Assembly (NCBI GenBank): GCA_964427275.1
Contig: CAYRSR010000001.1
Coordinates: forward strand, 20,394-84,393
Length of the DNA stretch: 64,000 bases
Origin: an uncultured Candidatus Saccharibacteria bacterium
GTDB lineage: Bacteria > Patescibacteriota > Minisyncoccia > UBA6257 > CAYRSR01
Direction of reading: 5' to 3'
This document shows positions 10,093 through 19,292 of the stretch, one piece after another. Position numbers and translations under genes: made by a program. The notes under the pieces are model-generated. The model did no database searches, was not told where the DNA came from, and saw only the letters and a list, made by a program, of their open reading frames with translations. Positions within the stretch are counted from its first letter, which is position 1, and each line of letters begins with the position of its first letter.

Positions 10093-11073
10093 TTATTTTA
10101 AAGTTTCAATTTCTTTAACCACCTCTTGAATTATTATTACTGTGGGAACAGCTAAAATAATTCCAATCAGCCCAGCAAATTTTGCTCCCAATATTGCAAC
10201 TACAATTACTACAGCCGGATTTAAAGCTAACGTCTTTTTAAATATAGTCGGAATTAGTAAATCATTTTCTATTCTCTGAATAATTACAAACAATCCTATA
10301 ACCAGTAAGCCAAGCCACTTAGACTGAGCACTGGCAATAATAAAAGCTATAATCGCAGTTATAATCGGACCCAGAAATGGTATAATTTCCAAAATACCAG
10401 CTAACCCACCCAGAGTTGCTGAATAATCCACTTTTAATATTGACAAGCCCAGCCAAGTAAGTAAGCCTACTATTAAGCATAAAAGTAACTGAGCTTTTAG
10501 CCACTTTTCTAATCTGAACTTGATTTTCTCAAATACCAGATAAGCTCGATGCTGGTATTTAACTGGAATAAAAAAGCTTAAAAATTCCCAAACTCCATTT
10601 TCTCTAACAGTTAAGTAAAAGGTTAAAACTGCAATGGTGATAAAAGTAAAAATTCTTCCAAATACTGAAAAAACTATTTCAAAAATTGCCTGGGTATTTT
10701 CCACTAGCTTACTTACTCCAAGCTCCAGTCCAGAGCTTAACTGAGGAGCTATCGTTTCGGGAAAAAAGGCATAGATAAATTCCGTAGCAATTTCTTTAAA
10801 ATTAACTACAAACTCTTGAAACTGAGAACTTACTGCTGGAATAATATCAGAAAGAATAAATACTACTAAGCAAATAAAACTTAGATAAATTAACAACAAT
10901 GGATAAATTCTAGAAACATTTTTTTTCTGAAACCAATCTATCAAGGGAGAAATAGCTAAAGAAATTAGAACTGCTACTGCAACAAGAAGAATTACATCTC
11001 TAGCTAAATACAATAAGATAGCTACTGCAATAACTGCTAAAAATCTCCACAAATTTTTTCTGGAAATTTCCAT
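10093..11073 (-). CDS. AI-2E family transporter (UPF0118/PerM-like)
   Basis: Polytopic membrane protein with AI-2E family topology and conserved C-terminal region. The ATG at 11073 is preferred over the TTG at 11094. Confidence 0.75.
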   Translation of the reverse strand: MEISRKNLWRFLAVIAVAILLYLARDVILLVAVAVLISLAISPLIDWFQKKNVSRIYPLLLIYLSFICLVVFILSDIIPAVSSQFQEFVVNFKEIATEFIYAFFPETIAPQLSSGLELGVSKLVENTQAIFEIVFSVFGRIFTFITIAVLTFYLTVRENGVWEFLSFFIPVKYQHRAYLVFEKIKFRLEKWLKAQLLLCLIVGLLTWLGLSILKVDYSATLGGLAGILEIIPFLGPIITAIIAFIIASAQSKWLGLLVIGLFVIIQRIENDLLIPTIFKKTLALNPAVVIVVAILGAKFAGLIGIILAVPTVIIIQEVVKEIETLK

Positions 11074-11083
11074 ATCTTTAAAT

Positions 11084-12352
11084 TTAGCCTGCAATTAGTT
11101 TAGTAAAAATTTTCTCATCTTTAAATGGCCCAACTATTGCCAGTCTTGACTCTTTTTTACGGAAAATTTGGTTAGCAAGTTTTCTAATCTGCTCCGAGTT
11201 AACTTTTTCTATCTCTCTAGCAACTTGTTCTGGTGATTTAATTTTATTTTCCATCAGTTCAGTTCGAGCATAAAATCCAGCCCAATCATTAGACCTTTCC
11301 AACCTTAAGTACAGGTTTCCAATTAAGTAATTTTTTACTTTTTGAAGTTCACGTTCAGATACTCTATACTTCTTAATTCGATCAATTTCTTTAACTATTG
11401 CTAAAATTACCCTTTCTATTCTTTTATTATCCACCCCAGCTGAAATTGTGAACATTCCATGCTTTGAAAACAATGAAACGCTAGAAGAAACATAATAGGC
11501 TGCTCCCATTTTTTCTCTAACTACCTGAAACAATCTAGAACTCATTCCTGCACCTAAAACACCAGACAAAACCTCCAAAATATAGCGCCGGCGATCAAAT
11601 AGACTAAAAGCTGGATAACCAAAGACCAGGTGGCTTTGATGAGTAGGTCTAGTTTCTATCTTCACTCTAGACTTTGGTATTAAATTTGAGTGTAGTCGGT
11701 AAGAAAATCGCCTGGACTTAACTTTTCGAAGACTAAACTTGCTTTTAATCTGAATTAAAATATCTTCACTTAAAGCACCGGCTACAGCTACTACTGTTTT
11801 TTGAGGAATATAATTTCTCTTTCTAAATTCTAAAAGCTCGTTTTGGCTAATTTTTTCAACCGTTTCCTTAAATCCAATTACTGGATAGCCAATAGGTTGA
11901 TCCCCATACATCAAGGATAAAAACACATCGTCAACCTTATATTCCGGCATATCCTCATACATGTTAATTTCTTCAATTATCACTTTTCTTTCTTTTTCCA
12001 AGTCTGACTTTGAAAAGACCGGATTTAAATACAACTCAGAAATTAATTCCAGGGCTCTGGCTAAAAACTTGTTCTGAACCTTAATCCAGTAGCCAGTATA
12101 TTCCTCACTGGTAAAGGCATTGTAAGCTGCTCCAATTTTCTCAAATTCCAAAGCTAGTTTTAATGGACTAGGATACTTTTTTGTTCCTTTAAAGGCTAGA
12201 TGTTCCAAAAAATGAGAAATTCCAGCGTTACTCTTTCTCTCTAAAAACGAGCCAACTTTTACCAGTATTAAGATGGTAGAAGATAAGCTATCTTTTATTG
12301 GTACAAGTATAATTCTTAATCTATTATTTAAAGTAATCTTTTTATAAGTCAT
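11084..12352 (-). CDS. M16-family zinc peptidase (insulinase-like)
   Basis: Inverted zinc-binding motif HFLEH near the N-terminus. 422 aa. Confidence 0.8.
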   Translation of the reverse strand: MTYKKITLNNRLRIILVPIKDSLSSTILILVKVGSFLERKSNAGISHFLEHLAFKGTKKYPSPLKLALEFEKIGAAYNAFTSEEYTGYWIKVQNKFLARALELISELYLNPVFSKSDLEKERKVIIEEINMYEDMPEYKVDDVFLSLMYGDQPIGYPVIGFKETVEKISQNELLEFRKRNYIPQKTVVAVAGALSEDILIQIKSKFSLRKVKSRRFSYRLHSNLIPKSRVKIETRPTHQSHLVFGYPAFSLFDRRRYILEVLSGVLGAGMSSRLFQVVREKMGAAYYVSSSVSLFSKHGMFTISAGVDNKRIERVILAIVKEIDRIKKYRVSERELQKVKNYLIGNLYLRLERSNDWAGFYARTELMENKIKSPEQVAREIEKVNSEQIRKLANQIFRKKESRLAIVGPFKDEKIFTKLIAG

Positions 12353-12524
12353 AATATAAAAAATTTAAAATTAAAAAATCAAAATGCTATTAATTAATTT
12401 TCAATTATCAATTTTCAATTTTCAACATCCAACTTCTAACTTCTAACTTCTATTTGTAAATTCGTTGATTATTAGCAATTCGTAGATTGACATAACATTT
12501 GTAGGTTGGCATTATATCCATTAT
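12353..12524. repeat. dispersed intergenic repeat element, copy A (heptamer tract CAACWTC x4 followed by conserved TATTTGTAAATTCGTTGATTATTAGCAATTCGTAGATTG)
   Basis: Near-identical sequence recurs at 13770-13941 and 50658-50887, and in inverted orientation at 59195-59290. Confidence 0.8.
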
Positions 12525-13769
12525 TTACTTTATTATTTTCCCAAATTTTTCTATTTTTTGACCAGCCAAAATTTGAGGAATAATCTCAGCTAATCGATTA
12601 ATCTTTACTCTTATTTGGTTCATAGAATCACGGTCCCTTAAAGTAACATCCTGATTTTCAATAGATTCAAAGTCAACTGTAATGCATATTGGAGTCCCAA
12701 TTTCATCCTGTCTTCGATATCTTCTACCAATGGAATCTTTCTCATCATACTGAACCAAAAAATTTTCGGAAAGTCTCGTTTTAATTTGCTTAGCTATTTT
12801 AATTAACTGAGGTTTCTTAATTAAAGGTAGAACCGCTACTTTAACTGGAGAAAGTTTCGGATTCAATCTTAAAACTACTTCTATTTCCTTGGTTGGCTTG
12901 GTAGTCTTAGTTCTACCCCCCCTAACTTCACAATAAGCATCACATAACAAGGCTAAAAAAATTCTATCAATTCCGGAAGACGATTCAACAATGTAAGGTA
13001 ATGGCTGAGGAAAGTTTTGTCCTGAAAATTTTTGATGCTGTCTTAAATCGTAATCTCCACGATTGGCTATTCCCTCAATTTCCTTCCAGCCAAACGGAAA
13101 TCTATACTCTACATCTGTACAGGCTTTGGCATAATGAGCCAGCTCATCATTAGAATGTTCTTTTAATCTAAGATTCTCTTTTTTGATGCCTAAATTCAAA
13201 TACCAGTTTAGCCTTTCATTTCTCCAAAAGTTATAACATTTTTCTGCTTCAGATTCGCTTACAAAATATTCCAATTCCATTTGTTCAAATTCCAAAATTT
13301 TAATCAGAAAATGTTCAGGTGTTACTTCATTTCTAAACGATTTACCAATCTGAGCTATTCCAAAAGGAAGCTTCGCTCTTTGAGTATCCAGAATATTTAA
13401 ATAATTTACAAAAACTCCTTGAGCAGTTTCCGGTCTTAAGTAAATTAAATTTTTTTTCTGCTTTTCTCGATGATAGGTTTCAAACATTAAATTAAATGGC
13501 CGACCTTCAAACTCTTCAGTAAATAAAGTAGTATGTCCAGAAGCTTCCCATACCTTTTTATTCATAAAAATCGCTGCATCAAGTCCTACAACATTATCTC
13601 TCTTATAAACAATATCCTGCCACCACAACTTTTTAATATTGTTTTTTAACTCAACTCCCAATGGTCCATAATCATAAACTGCTGATAGTCCCCCATAAAT
13701 TTCTGAACTCGGGAAAATAAATCCTCTTCGCTTACACAAAGAAACTATTTTATCTAAGCTGTCTACCAT
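12525..13769 (-). CDS. glyQS: glycine--tRNA ligase (class II, homodimeric GlyRS-2 type)
   Basis: N-terminal IYGGLSAVYDYGPLGVELKNNIKKLWW and class II motifs. 414 aa. Confidence 0.85.
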   Translation of the reverse strand: MVDSLDKIVSLCKRRGFIFPSSEIYGGLSAVYDYGPLGVELKNNIKKLWWQDIVYKRDNVVGLDAAIFMNKKVWEASGHTTLFTEEFEGRPFNLMFETYHREKQKKNLIYLRPETAQGVFVNYLNILDTQRAKLPFGIAQIGKSFRNEVTPEHFLIKILEFEQMELEYFVSESEAEKCYNFWRNERLNWYLNLGIKKENLRLKEHSNDELAHYAKACTDVEYRFPFGWKEIEGIANRGDYDLRQHQKFSGQNFPQPLPYIVESSSGIDRIFLALLCDAYCEVRGGRTKTTKPTKEIEVVLRLNPKLSPVKVAVLPLIKKPQLIKIAKQIKTRLSENFLVQYDEKDSIGRRYRRQDEIGTPICITVDFESIENQDVTLRDRDSMNQIRVKINRLAEIIPQILAGQKIEKFGKIIK

Positions 13770-13941
13770 AGTTAATTTAAAATTAAAAAATCAAAAATCA
13801 AAATGCTATTAATCAATTTTTAATTTTCATTGAATTTTCAATTTTCAACATCCAACTTCTAACTTTTAACTTTTATTTGTAAATTCGTTGATTATTAGCA
13901 ATTTGTAGATTGGCATCATATATTTGCATTTTACATTTTTC
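13770..13941. repeat. dispersed intergenic repeat element, copy B
   Basis: About 90% identical to 12353-12524 over more than 110 bp, including the AAAAATCAAAATGCTATTAAT motif and the heptamer tract. Confidence 0.8.
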
Positions 13942-15123
13942 TTATGGTTTAGTCCAGCTAGTTTTAACATAAAAATCAGAAACAGTCTGACAATAATCAG
14001 AATCATTTAAATCTTCGGCTAAATTGGAACAATTAAACACAATCCAGCCACAGTTATCGGACCAAGCATAGCCATGAAAAATTCCTTCTGAATCAATAGT
14101 AACTTTATAGTTTGAAACAGTATCGCAAAAATCAGGGTCATTATGATAGTCTGCCATATCTGAACAATTAAACGATATCCAGCCACATTTTTCAGACCAG
14201 GCATAACCAGAAAGAACCCCCGTACTATCATTTAATACTCTATAATTAGAAACTGAGCATTCATTTTTATTTTTACAATTAAATGAAACTAGTCCATAAT
14301 TTTCTCCATAACCAAAGCCAGTAAGTTCATCTGTCTTTACATATACTCCATTTTCAACATCCATAGCTGTCATATCCAGCCAGCCAGCTATGTCAGACCA
14401 GGCATACTTATAAACTGAATCTATATTGGAAATAGATGGCGCAAGCCCTTGAATATAAATAGAACCTGGAATGGACAAATAGTCTATATTAGATGATGTA
14501 GCAAAAGAGAAACCAAAATCTTTTACCACCTGAACTTCTCCAAGTTGCTTTTCCCAGAATGACTGCCTGGCTATCTTATTTGTCCACCGAGTGAGAATGC
14601 TGACCATTCTCACTTTAGAAATTTGCTGAGCTTTCTTCCAGAACACTTCAACAATAATTTTTTGAGTAGAAGGATCTTCAGAACCCTCAGCTGGTTCCAC
14701 AATTTTCCCATTAACATCTCGATAAACATTTTCTACTGAAAAAAAACTATTAAACTTGGTTCCACCTATTTCTACTTCATCGATACCATCAACTACAACC
14801 AGTTCAGTACCACTGGTCTGGGTATGATACTTATAACCCATTCCTTTATTAAGTTGATAAATATTATTCCAATTACTTTCAGCTACTGTTTTCAGGTCAT
14901 CTATAAGCTGTTCGGCAATTGTGCTAGCAATTTGATGTAGCTTAGCTTCAAATTGAGAATGGAGAGCCATTACTACTGCAGTAATAGTTGCTCCAATTAA
15001 AATTGTCCCAATAGCTAAACCAATTAATACTTCAGCTAGAGCCTGTCCCTTATTTCTAAGTTTTAATACTTTGCATCTAGTACTCAATTTTTCCATTTTG
15101 ATGAATGGTAATAGAAATTTCAT
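13942..15123 (-). CDS. pilin-like protein with class III signal (G|QALAE) and C-terminal Cys-containing repeat modules
   Basis: Prepilin-like leader MKFLLPFIKMEKLSTRCKVLKLRNKG-QALAEVLIGLAIG with Glu at +5. Three repeats of about 45 aa, GYAWS..CGWI.FNCS. An alternative start ATG is at 15096. Confidence 0.55.
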   Translation of the reverse strand: MKFLLPFIKMEKLSTRCKVLKLRNKGQALAEVLIGLAIGTILIGATITAVVMALHSQFEAKLHQIASTIAEQLIDDLKTVAESNWNNIYQLNKGMGYKYHTQTSGTELVVVDGIDEVEIGGTKFNSFFSVENVYRDVNGKIVEPAEGSEDPSTQKIIVEVFWKKAQQISKVRMVSILTRWTNKIARQSFWEKQLGEVQVVKDFGFSFATSSNIDYLSIPGSIYIQGLAPSISNIDSVYKYAWSDIAGWLDMTAMDVENGVYVKTDELTGFGYGENYGLVSFNCKNKNECSVSNYRVLNDSTGVLSGYAWSEKCGWISFNCSDMADYHNDPDFCDTVSNYKVTIDSEGIFHGYAWSDNCGWIVFNCSNLAEDLNDSDYCQTVSDFYVKTSWTKP

Positions 15124-15547
15124 CCTGTGGTTTTTTTATCAGACGAACTTTTACAACCGACAAATTTTTAGGTAAGCCAGTAATACTTTCAAAAATAATA
15201 TCTACTGTTTTACCTTCAGATGGTTGACTAAATTCAAGTTGAGGTTTTAAAAAATAAGTGTCAGTTACATTAGAAGCAGTAAAATTTTCTCCAAAAAAAA
15301 CTTGATAAAAATCTTTCTGAGAATTTACAAAATGAATTCCCCAGCAATCTGGTCTATCGTCTCCATCCCCATCCACACCAGCTAGAGATTTAGTTTGGGT
15401 CGCTCGTAAGGAAATTACTATTTTTCTGGCTTCAAGTTCTAGAGTTTGTCGCTGTTGATAAGAAAATAAATTCAGTAAAATTACTAATCCCAAAGTAACT
15501 AAAATTGAGATTGAAATTAGAAGCTCAGTTAAGGTAACCCCCCTCAT
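15077..15547 (-). CDS. minor (pseudo)pilin with prepilin-type N-terminus
   Basis: MRG-VTLTELLISISILV class III signal with Glu+5. The start at ATG 15547 sits just downstream of the pilC stop. The ORF-track 5' extension to 15610 overlaps pilC and is unlikely. Confidence 0.6.
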   Translation of the reverse strand: MRGVTLTELLISISILVTLGLVILLNLFSYQQRQTLELEARKIVISLRATQTKSLAGVDGDGDDRPDCWGIHFVNSQKDFYQVFFGENFTASNVTDTYFLKPQLEFSQPSEGKTVDIIFESITGLPKNLSVVKVRLIKKPQDEISITIHQNGKIEY

Positions 15548-15551
15548 AACA

Positions 15552-16760
15552 TTAGAACTGGGTAGCCATCTGATAAATTGGAACGATAATAGAAATAGCA
15601 ATAAATCCAATAATTAGTCCCATAACTAAAAGTAAAATTGGCTCAAGTATCGTAACCAAATCTTTAAGAGCTTTATCTACTTCTTTTCTATAAAAGTCCG
15701 CCAAGGTTTGCAGAGTTGTTTCAATGTTGCCAGTTTTTTCAGCAATACTAATTAAATTAACCACTGTTCTGGGGAAAAATGGCTCTCTTGAAAATGCATC
15801 AGATATAGTCCAGCCCTTAGCTAATCTTTCTCTAGAAATTCTGATTAAAGCATCTTTTAGTCTCTGATTTCCAACTACTTCGGCAGTAATTTCAACCGCG
15901 CGCGGAAAATCTATTCCGGCTTCAATTAAAGATGCTAAGGTGGAGGCAAATCTTTGAATAGCCATTTTTTCAGTCAAATTTCTAACTATTTTTATTTTGG
16001 TAAATAAATCAAAAAGTAATCTGCGAACTACTATAAAATTACGATATAAAATGAACAGTAATAATAAACCTCCTATCCCTAATGATAATATTGTCCAGAT
16101 ATGTTCAGCAATAAATCCACCTACAGTAAAAACCATCTTAGAAAAAGCTGGCGGTTCAAATCCAGTACCTTCAAACACCGAAGCAATTTTGGGTAGCGCA
16201 AAGGTAGTTAAAAAGGTTACCACAACACCAGACATTATTAATAGAAAAACTGGATAAATTAGAGCTGATCTAACTCGGCCTTTAAAATCCCTGGTTGTTT
16301 CTAAAGAAGTTGACAAGCGATCAAACACCACTTCCAGATTACCTGAAGCTTCTCCGGCTTTAATTAAATTAACAAAAACCGGGTCAAAAAACTGAGGATA
16401 TTTTGCGAAAGTAAAAGACATTGACCGTCCCTGTTCAAGGTCATATCTCAATTCCATTAAAAAGTTTCGAAGTCCTGGCTTTTCATAGTCAGTAATCAAA
16501 ATTTTAACAGTCCTGAATAAATCTGTCCCACTTCTCAGCATTAAAGATATATACCTAGTTAGAAAGATTTTATCATTGATACCAATTAGTGGAGCAAAAA
16601 ATCTTCTTCCTCGAAGTACCACTCTCCTTTTTGGTTTAATTGTAATTGGAGTTAAACCTTTTGCAGCTAACTCTTCTAAGGCTTCTTTGATATCTGTGGC
16701 AGATATTTCTCCTTCACTAACTTCTCCAGTTGGTAAAGCTGCAGTATATTTAAAACGCAT
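15552..16760 (-). CDS. pilC: type IV pilus assembly platform protein PilC (GspF family)
   Basis: 402-aa inner-membrane protein with duplicated T2SS-F domains. Confidence 0.85.
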   Translation of the reverse strand: MRFKYTAALPTGEVSEGEISATDIKEALEELAAKGLTPITIKPKRRVVLRGRRFFAPLIGINDKIFLTRYISLMLRSGTDLFRTVKILITDYEKPGLRNFLMELRYDLEQGRSMSFTFAKYPQFFDPVFVNLIKAGEASGNLEVVFDRLSTSLETTRDFKGRVRSALIYPVFLLIMSGVVVTFLTTFALPKIASVFEGTGFEPPAFSKMVFTVGGFIAEHIWTILSLGIGGLLLLFILYRNFIVVRRLLFDLFTKIKIVRNLTEKMAIQRFASTLASLIEAGIDFPRAVEITAEVVGNQRLKDALIRISRERLAKGWTISDAFSREPFFPRTVVNLISIAEKTGNIETTLQTLADFYRKEVDKALKDLVTILEPILLLVMGLIIGFIAISIIVPIYQMATQF

Positions 16761-16906
16761 AATGTAAATTTAAAATGTAAAAATCAAAATGTAAAATGAC
16801 GATTTAAAATTCAAAATAGATAAATATTAAAATGATTTTGAAATTTGCTAATTTTAACATTTTGCATTGTAATTTTAATTTTTGATTTTTTAATTTTAAA
16901 TTTATA
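16761..16906. repeat. AT-rich imperfect palindromic intergenic element related to the AAAATGTAAAAATCAAAATG motif
   Basis: Left arm TAAATTTAAAATGTAAAAATCAAAATG and right arm CATTTTGCATTGTAATTTTAATTTTTGATTTTTTAATTTTAAATTTA are largely reverse complements. The motif recurs at 12373, 13785, 50875 and 59490. Confidence 0.4.
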
Positions 16907-18625
16907 TTACCTGGCTACTCTCAAAACCTCTTCTATGGTGGTAATTCCTCTTTCTACTTTCAATAAACCATCCTCAAACATTGTTGTCATCCCCTTGCTT
17001 CTACTTAGTTCCTTTAAGGCATCTAAGGAAAAATCTGGAAGTGTAATCATATCTCTAATATCTTTGGTTACATCTAAAACCTCAAAAATGGCAGTTCTTC
17101 CAGAATATCCAGTAAAGTTACATCCAGGACATCCTCTGCCTCGGTAAAGAGTCTTTGGTATACGCACTTCACTAGGATCTATCCCTAACACTCTTAGCTG
17201 CTCTTTTATAGCTGATATAGTACCCTTATCTGGCTTATATGACTCAATACAGGGCTTATGAATTGTTCGAACCAATCTTTGAGCTACTACTGCATTTAAA
17301 ACCGCAGCTACCAAATAAGCTGGAATGCCCATATCAATTAACCTTGGAATTGCAGTAGGTGCATCGCTGGTATGAAGTGAGGATAGAATTAGATGTCCGG
17401 TTAAAGCTGAATGAACTGCAATTTCAGCAGTTTCTCTATCTCGAATTTCACCAACCATAATAATGTCGGGGTCTTGACGCAGAATAGCCCTTAAGCCATT
17501 AGCAAAAGTAATTCCAGCTTTAGGATTTATCTGAGTTTGATTCAAATAAGAAATATTATATTCCACCGGATCTTCAATAGTAACAATATTTACACCAGGT
17601 TGATTTAATAAATTCAAAATTGAATAAAGGGTAGTGGTTTTTCCAGAGCCAGTAGGCCCACATACTAAAATCATTCCATAAGTTTTAGCAATATTCTTTT
17701 TAACTAATTTTATGGTATCCCTTAACATTCCCAGTTCTTCAAAGGAAAAAGGTTTTTGAGTCGCAGCTAGCAACCTAATCGCAATTTTTTCTCCAAAAAA
17801 AGTAGGCATTACCGATACTCGCATATCTACCGCCCCTGTTTCAGTCTTGTATCTAAACCGTCCATCCTGAGGCCTGGAATGTTCATCAATTGCAAGCCCG
17901 GATAGTAGTTTAATTCTAGCCACTATTGCCGGATGAATTTGCTTGGGTAGTCTAATCATTTCATAAAGAATTCCGTCAATTCTAAACCTTACCAGTAAGC
18001 AATCTTCTAAAATTTCTAGATGAATATCAGAGGCCGAAAGCGAAGCAGCATAACTTATCAGATTATCAACTATAGCAGCAATTGGAACCATGGTAGCTAT
18101 TTCTTTTAACTTCTTTTCGGCTTTGGTTCCAGCTCGTAAAGCTTCAGCTACACTTTCTTCAATCATCTTCCTGAAGCTTAATGCAGTTTTTCTCTGATAT
18201 AAAGAAAAAGCCCAATTTAAATCCTCATCAGAGACTAAAACTGGATGAACTTTAGCTTTTAAATATTTTTCTAAAAATTCAATAATTTCTAGATTAGTAG
18301 GGTCCTCCATTCCTATATCCAGAGTTCCATCTTTTTCTCGATTAAATACACAAACTTTATATTCTTGAGCTAAGTCCTGAGGAAGAAGATAAAATGCATC
18401 TTCCTGAATTCCCACATTTTTAAGTTTTACCCTTTCCACTTTCAGAATATCTGATAACAGGTCATAGTAATAATCCAAAGTAAGATAACCTTGAGCTGCT
18501 AGAGCTTCGACTATATTCTGTCTTTTTCGCTTGGCTCTTTCAACCATCGCATCAAATTCTTCAGTGGTAATTAGTCCTTTATCAATCAATATTTGCTTCA
18601 GCTTTTTTAAAGGAAGAATTAACAT
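16907..18625 (-). CDS. pilB: type IV pilus assembly ATPase PilB (GspE family)
   Basis: Walker A GPTGSGKTTT and GSPII_E N-terminal domain. 572 aa. Confidence 0.9.
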   Translation of the reverse strand: MLILPLKKLKQILIDKGLITTEEFDAMVERAKRKRQNIVEALAAQGYLTLDYYYDLLSDILKVERVKLKNVGIQEDAFYLLPQDLAQEYKVCVFNREKDGTLDIGMEDPTNLEIIEFLEKYLKAKVHPVLVSDEDLNWAFSLYQRKTALSFRKMIEESVAEALRAGTKAEKKLKEIATMVPIAAIVDNLISYAASLSASDIHLEILEDCLLVRFRIDGILYEMIRLPKQIHPAIVARIKLLSGLAIDEHSRPQDGRFRYKTETGAVDMRVSVMPTFFGEKIAIRLLAATQKPFSFEELGMLRDTIKLVKKNIAKTYGMILVCGPTGSGKTTTLYSILNLLNQPGVNIVTIEDPVEYNISYLNQTQINPKAGITFANGLRAILRQDPDIIMVGEIRDRETAEIAVHSALTGHLILSSLHTSDAPTAIPRLIDMGIPAYLVAAVLNAVVAQRLVRTIHKPCIESYKPDKGTISAIKEQLRVLGIDPSEVRIPKTLYRGRGCPGCNFTGYSGRTAIFEVLDVTKDIRDMITLPDFSLDALKELSRSKGMTTMFEDGLLKVERGITTIEEVLRVAR

Positions 18626-18647
18626 GATAAATTTCTAACTTGTTTTA

Positions 18648-19208
18648 TTATACCAAAAATTTAGATACTAATAAAATAGCTAAACTTGGCCAAAGCCAGA
18701 AATAATAAAATGGAAACCGAGCCTGAGAACCTCTAAATTTTAACAGCGCAGTTCCAATAATTCCAATCAAAAATATGGCTATTAAATAAATAAAACACCA
18801 TGGATGAGGAAGAATAAAAATTGATACTCCAGCAATATAAGGTTCCTCATTTTCAAAAAATCGATATCGCTTCTTTTTGTTTATGTATTTAAAAAAAGCT
18901 AGAAAAAATAAAGAAATCCCAAAGGATATTAAATATTTGATATAAAAGTGGAAAAAAGAATAACTTAAAAAATAATAAATACTACGATAGGGAGGAATAA
19001 GATACTTTGATGGTGGACTTGTCTGCCAGGTTAAAAACAATTGCCTGGTATTATAAAAGCTAAAGCTGAAAATTAAAATAACTGAAATTAGTAGTATAAG
19101 TTTGAAAACATTTTTAGCTAAAGTTTTCCCAACTAAATTTTTAAACTTTAAAAAAACTTGAACAGCAATACTGACAATTAAAATACTTAAAGCAAGATAG
19201 AACATCAT
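18648..19208 (-). CDS. integral membrane protein, hypothetical (within pilus cluster)
   Basis: 186-aa ORF with multiple TM helices. No recognisable PilD motifs. Confidence 0.45.
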   Translation of the reverse strand: MMFYLALSILIVSIAVQVFLKFKNLVGKTLAKNVFKLILLISVILIFSFSFYNTRQLFLTWQTSPPSKYLIPPYRSIYYFLSYSFFHFYIKYLISFGISLFFLAFFKYINKKKRYRFFENEEPYIAGVSIFILPHPWCFIYLIAIFLIGIIGTALLKFRGSQARFPFYYFWLWPSLAILLVSKFLV

Positions 19209-19236
19209 TAAAATTATACCAGCTTCAGACTAAATT

Positions 19237-19267
19237 CAAAATCAAGCCTGCCCCTGAATTTCAGGGG
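19237..19267 (-). terminator. rho-independent terminator downstream of major pilin gene
   Basis: Perfect 15-bp palindrome AAGCCTGCCCCTGAA-T-TTCAGGGGCAGGCTT followed by a T-rich tract on the minus strand. Confidence 0.6.
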
Positions 19268-19292
19268 CAGGCTTCAAACGCTTCCTGCTCAA

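Noticed and set aside
10319-10504. 61-aa ORF inside the AI-2E transporter gene (same strand, other frame)
   Set aside because: It is out of frame within a conserved gene. Spurious.
12353-13941. Possible CRISPR array suggested by recurring about 30-bp AT-rich repeats and heptamer units
   Set aside because: The repeats are not regularly spaced by unique spacers. The copies are whole about 100-170-bp elements separated by genes. No cas genes are present.
14019-14231. 70-aa ORF inside the pilin-like gene
   Set aside because: Alternate-frame artefact within 13942-15123.
15997-17147. Plus-strand ORFs 15997-16257, 16576-16767 and 16845-17147 antisense to pilC/pilB
   Set aside because: They overlap strongly supported minus-strand genes. 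16845-17147 also spans the AT-rich intergenic palindrome.
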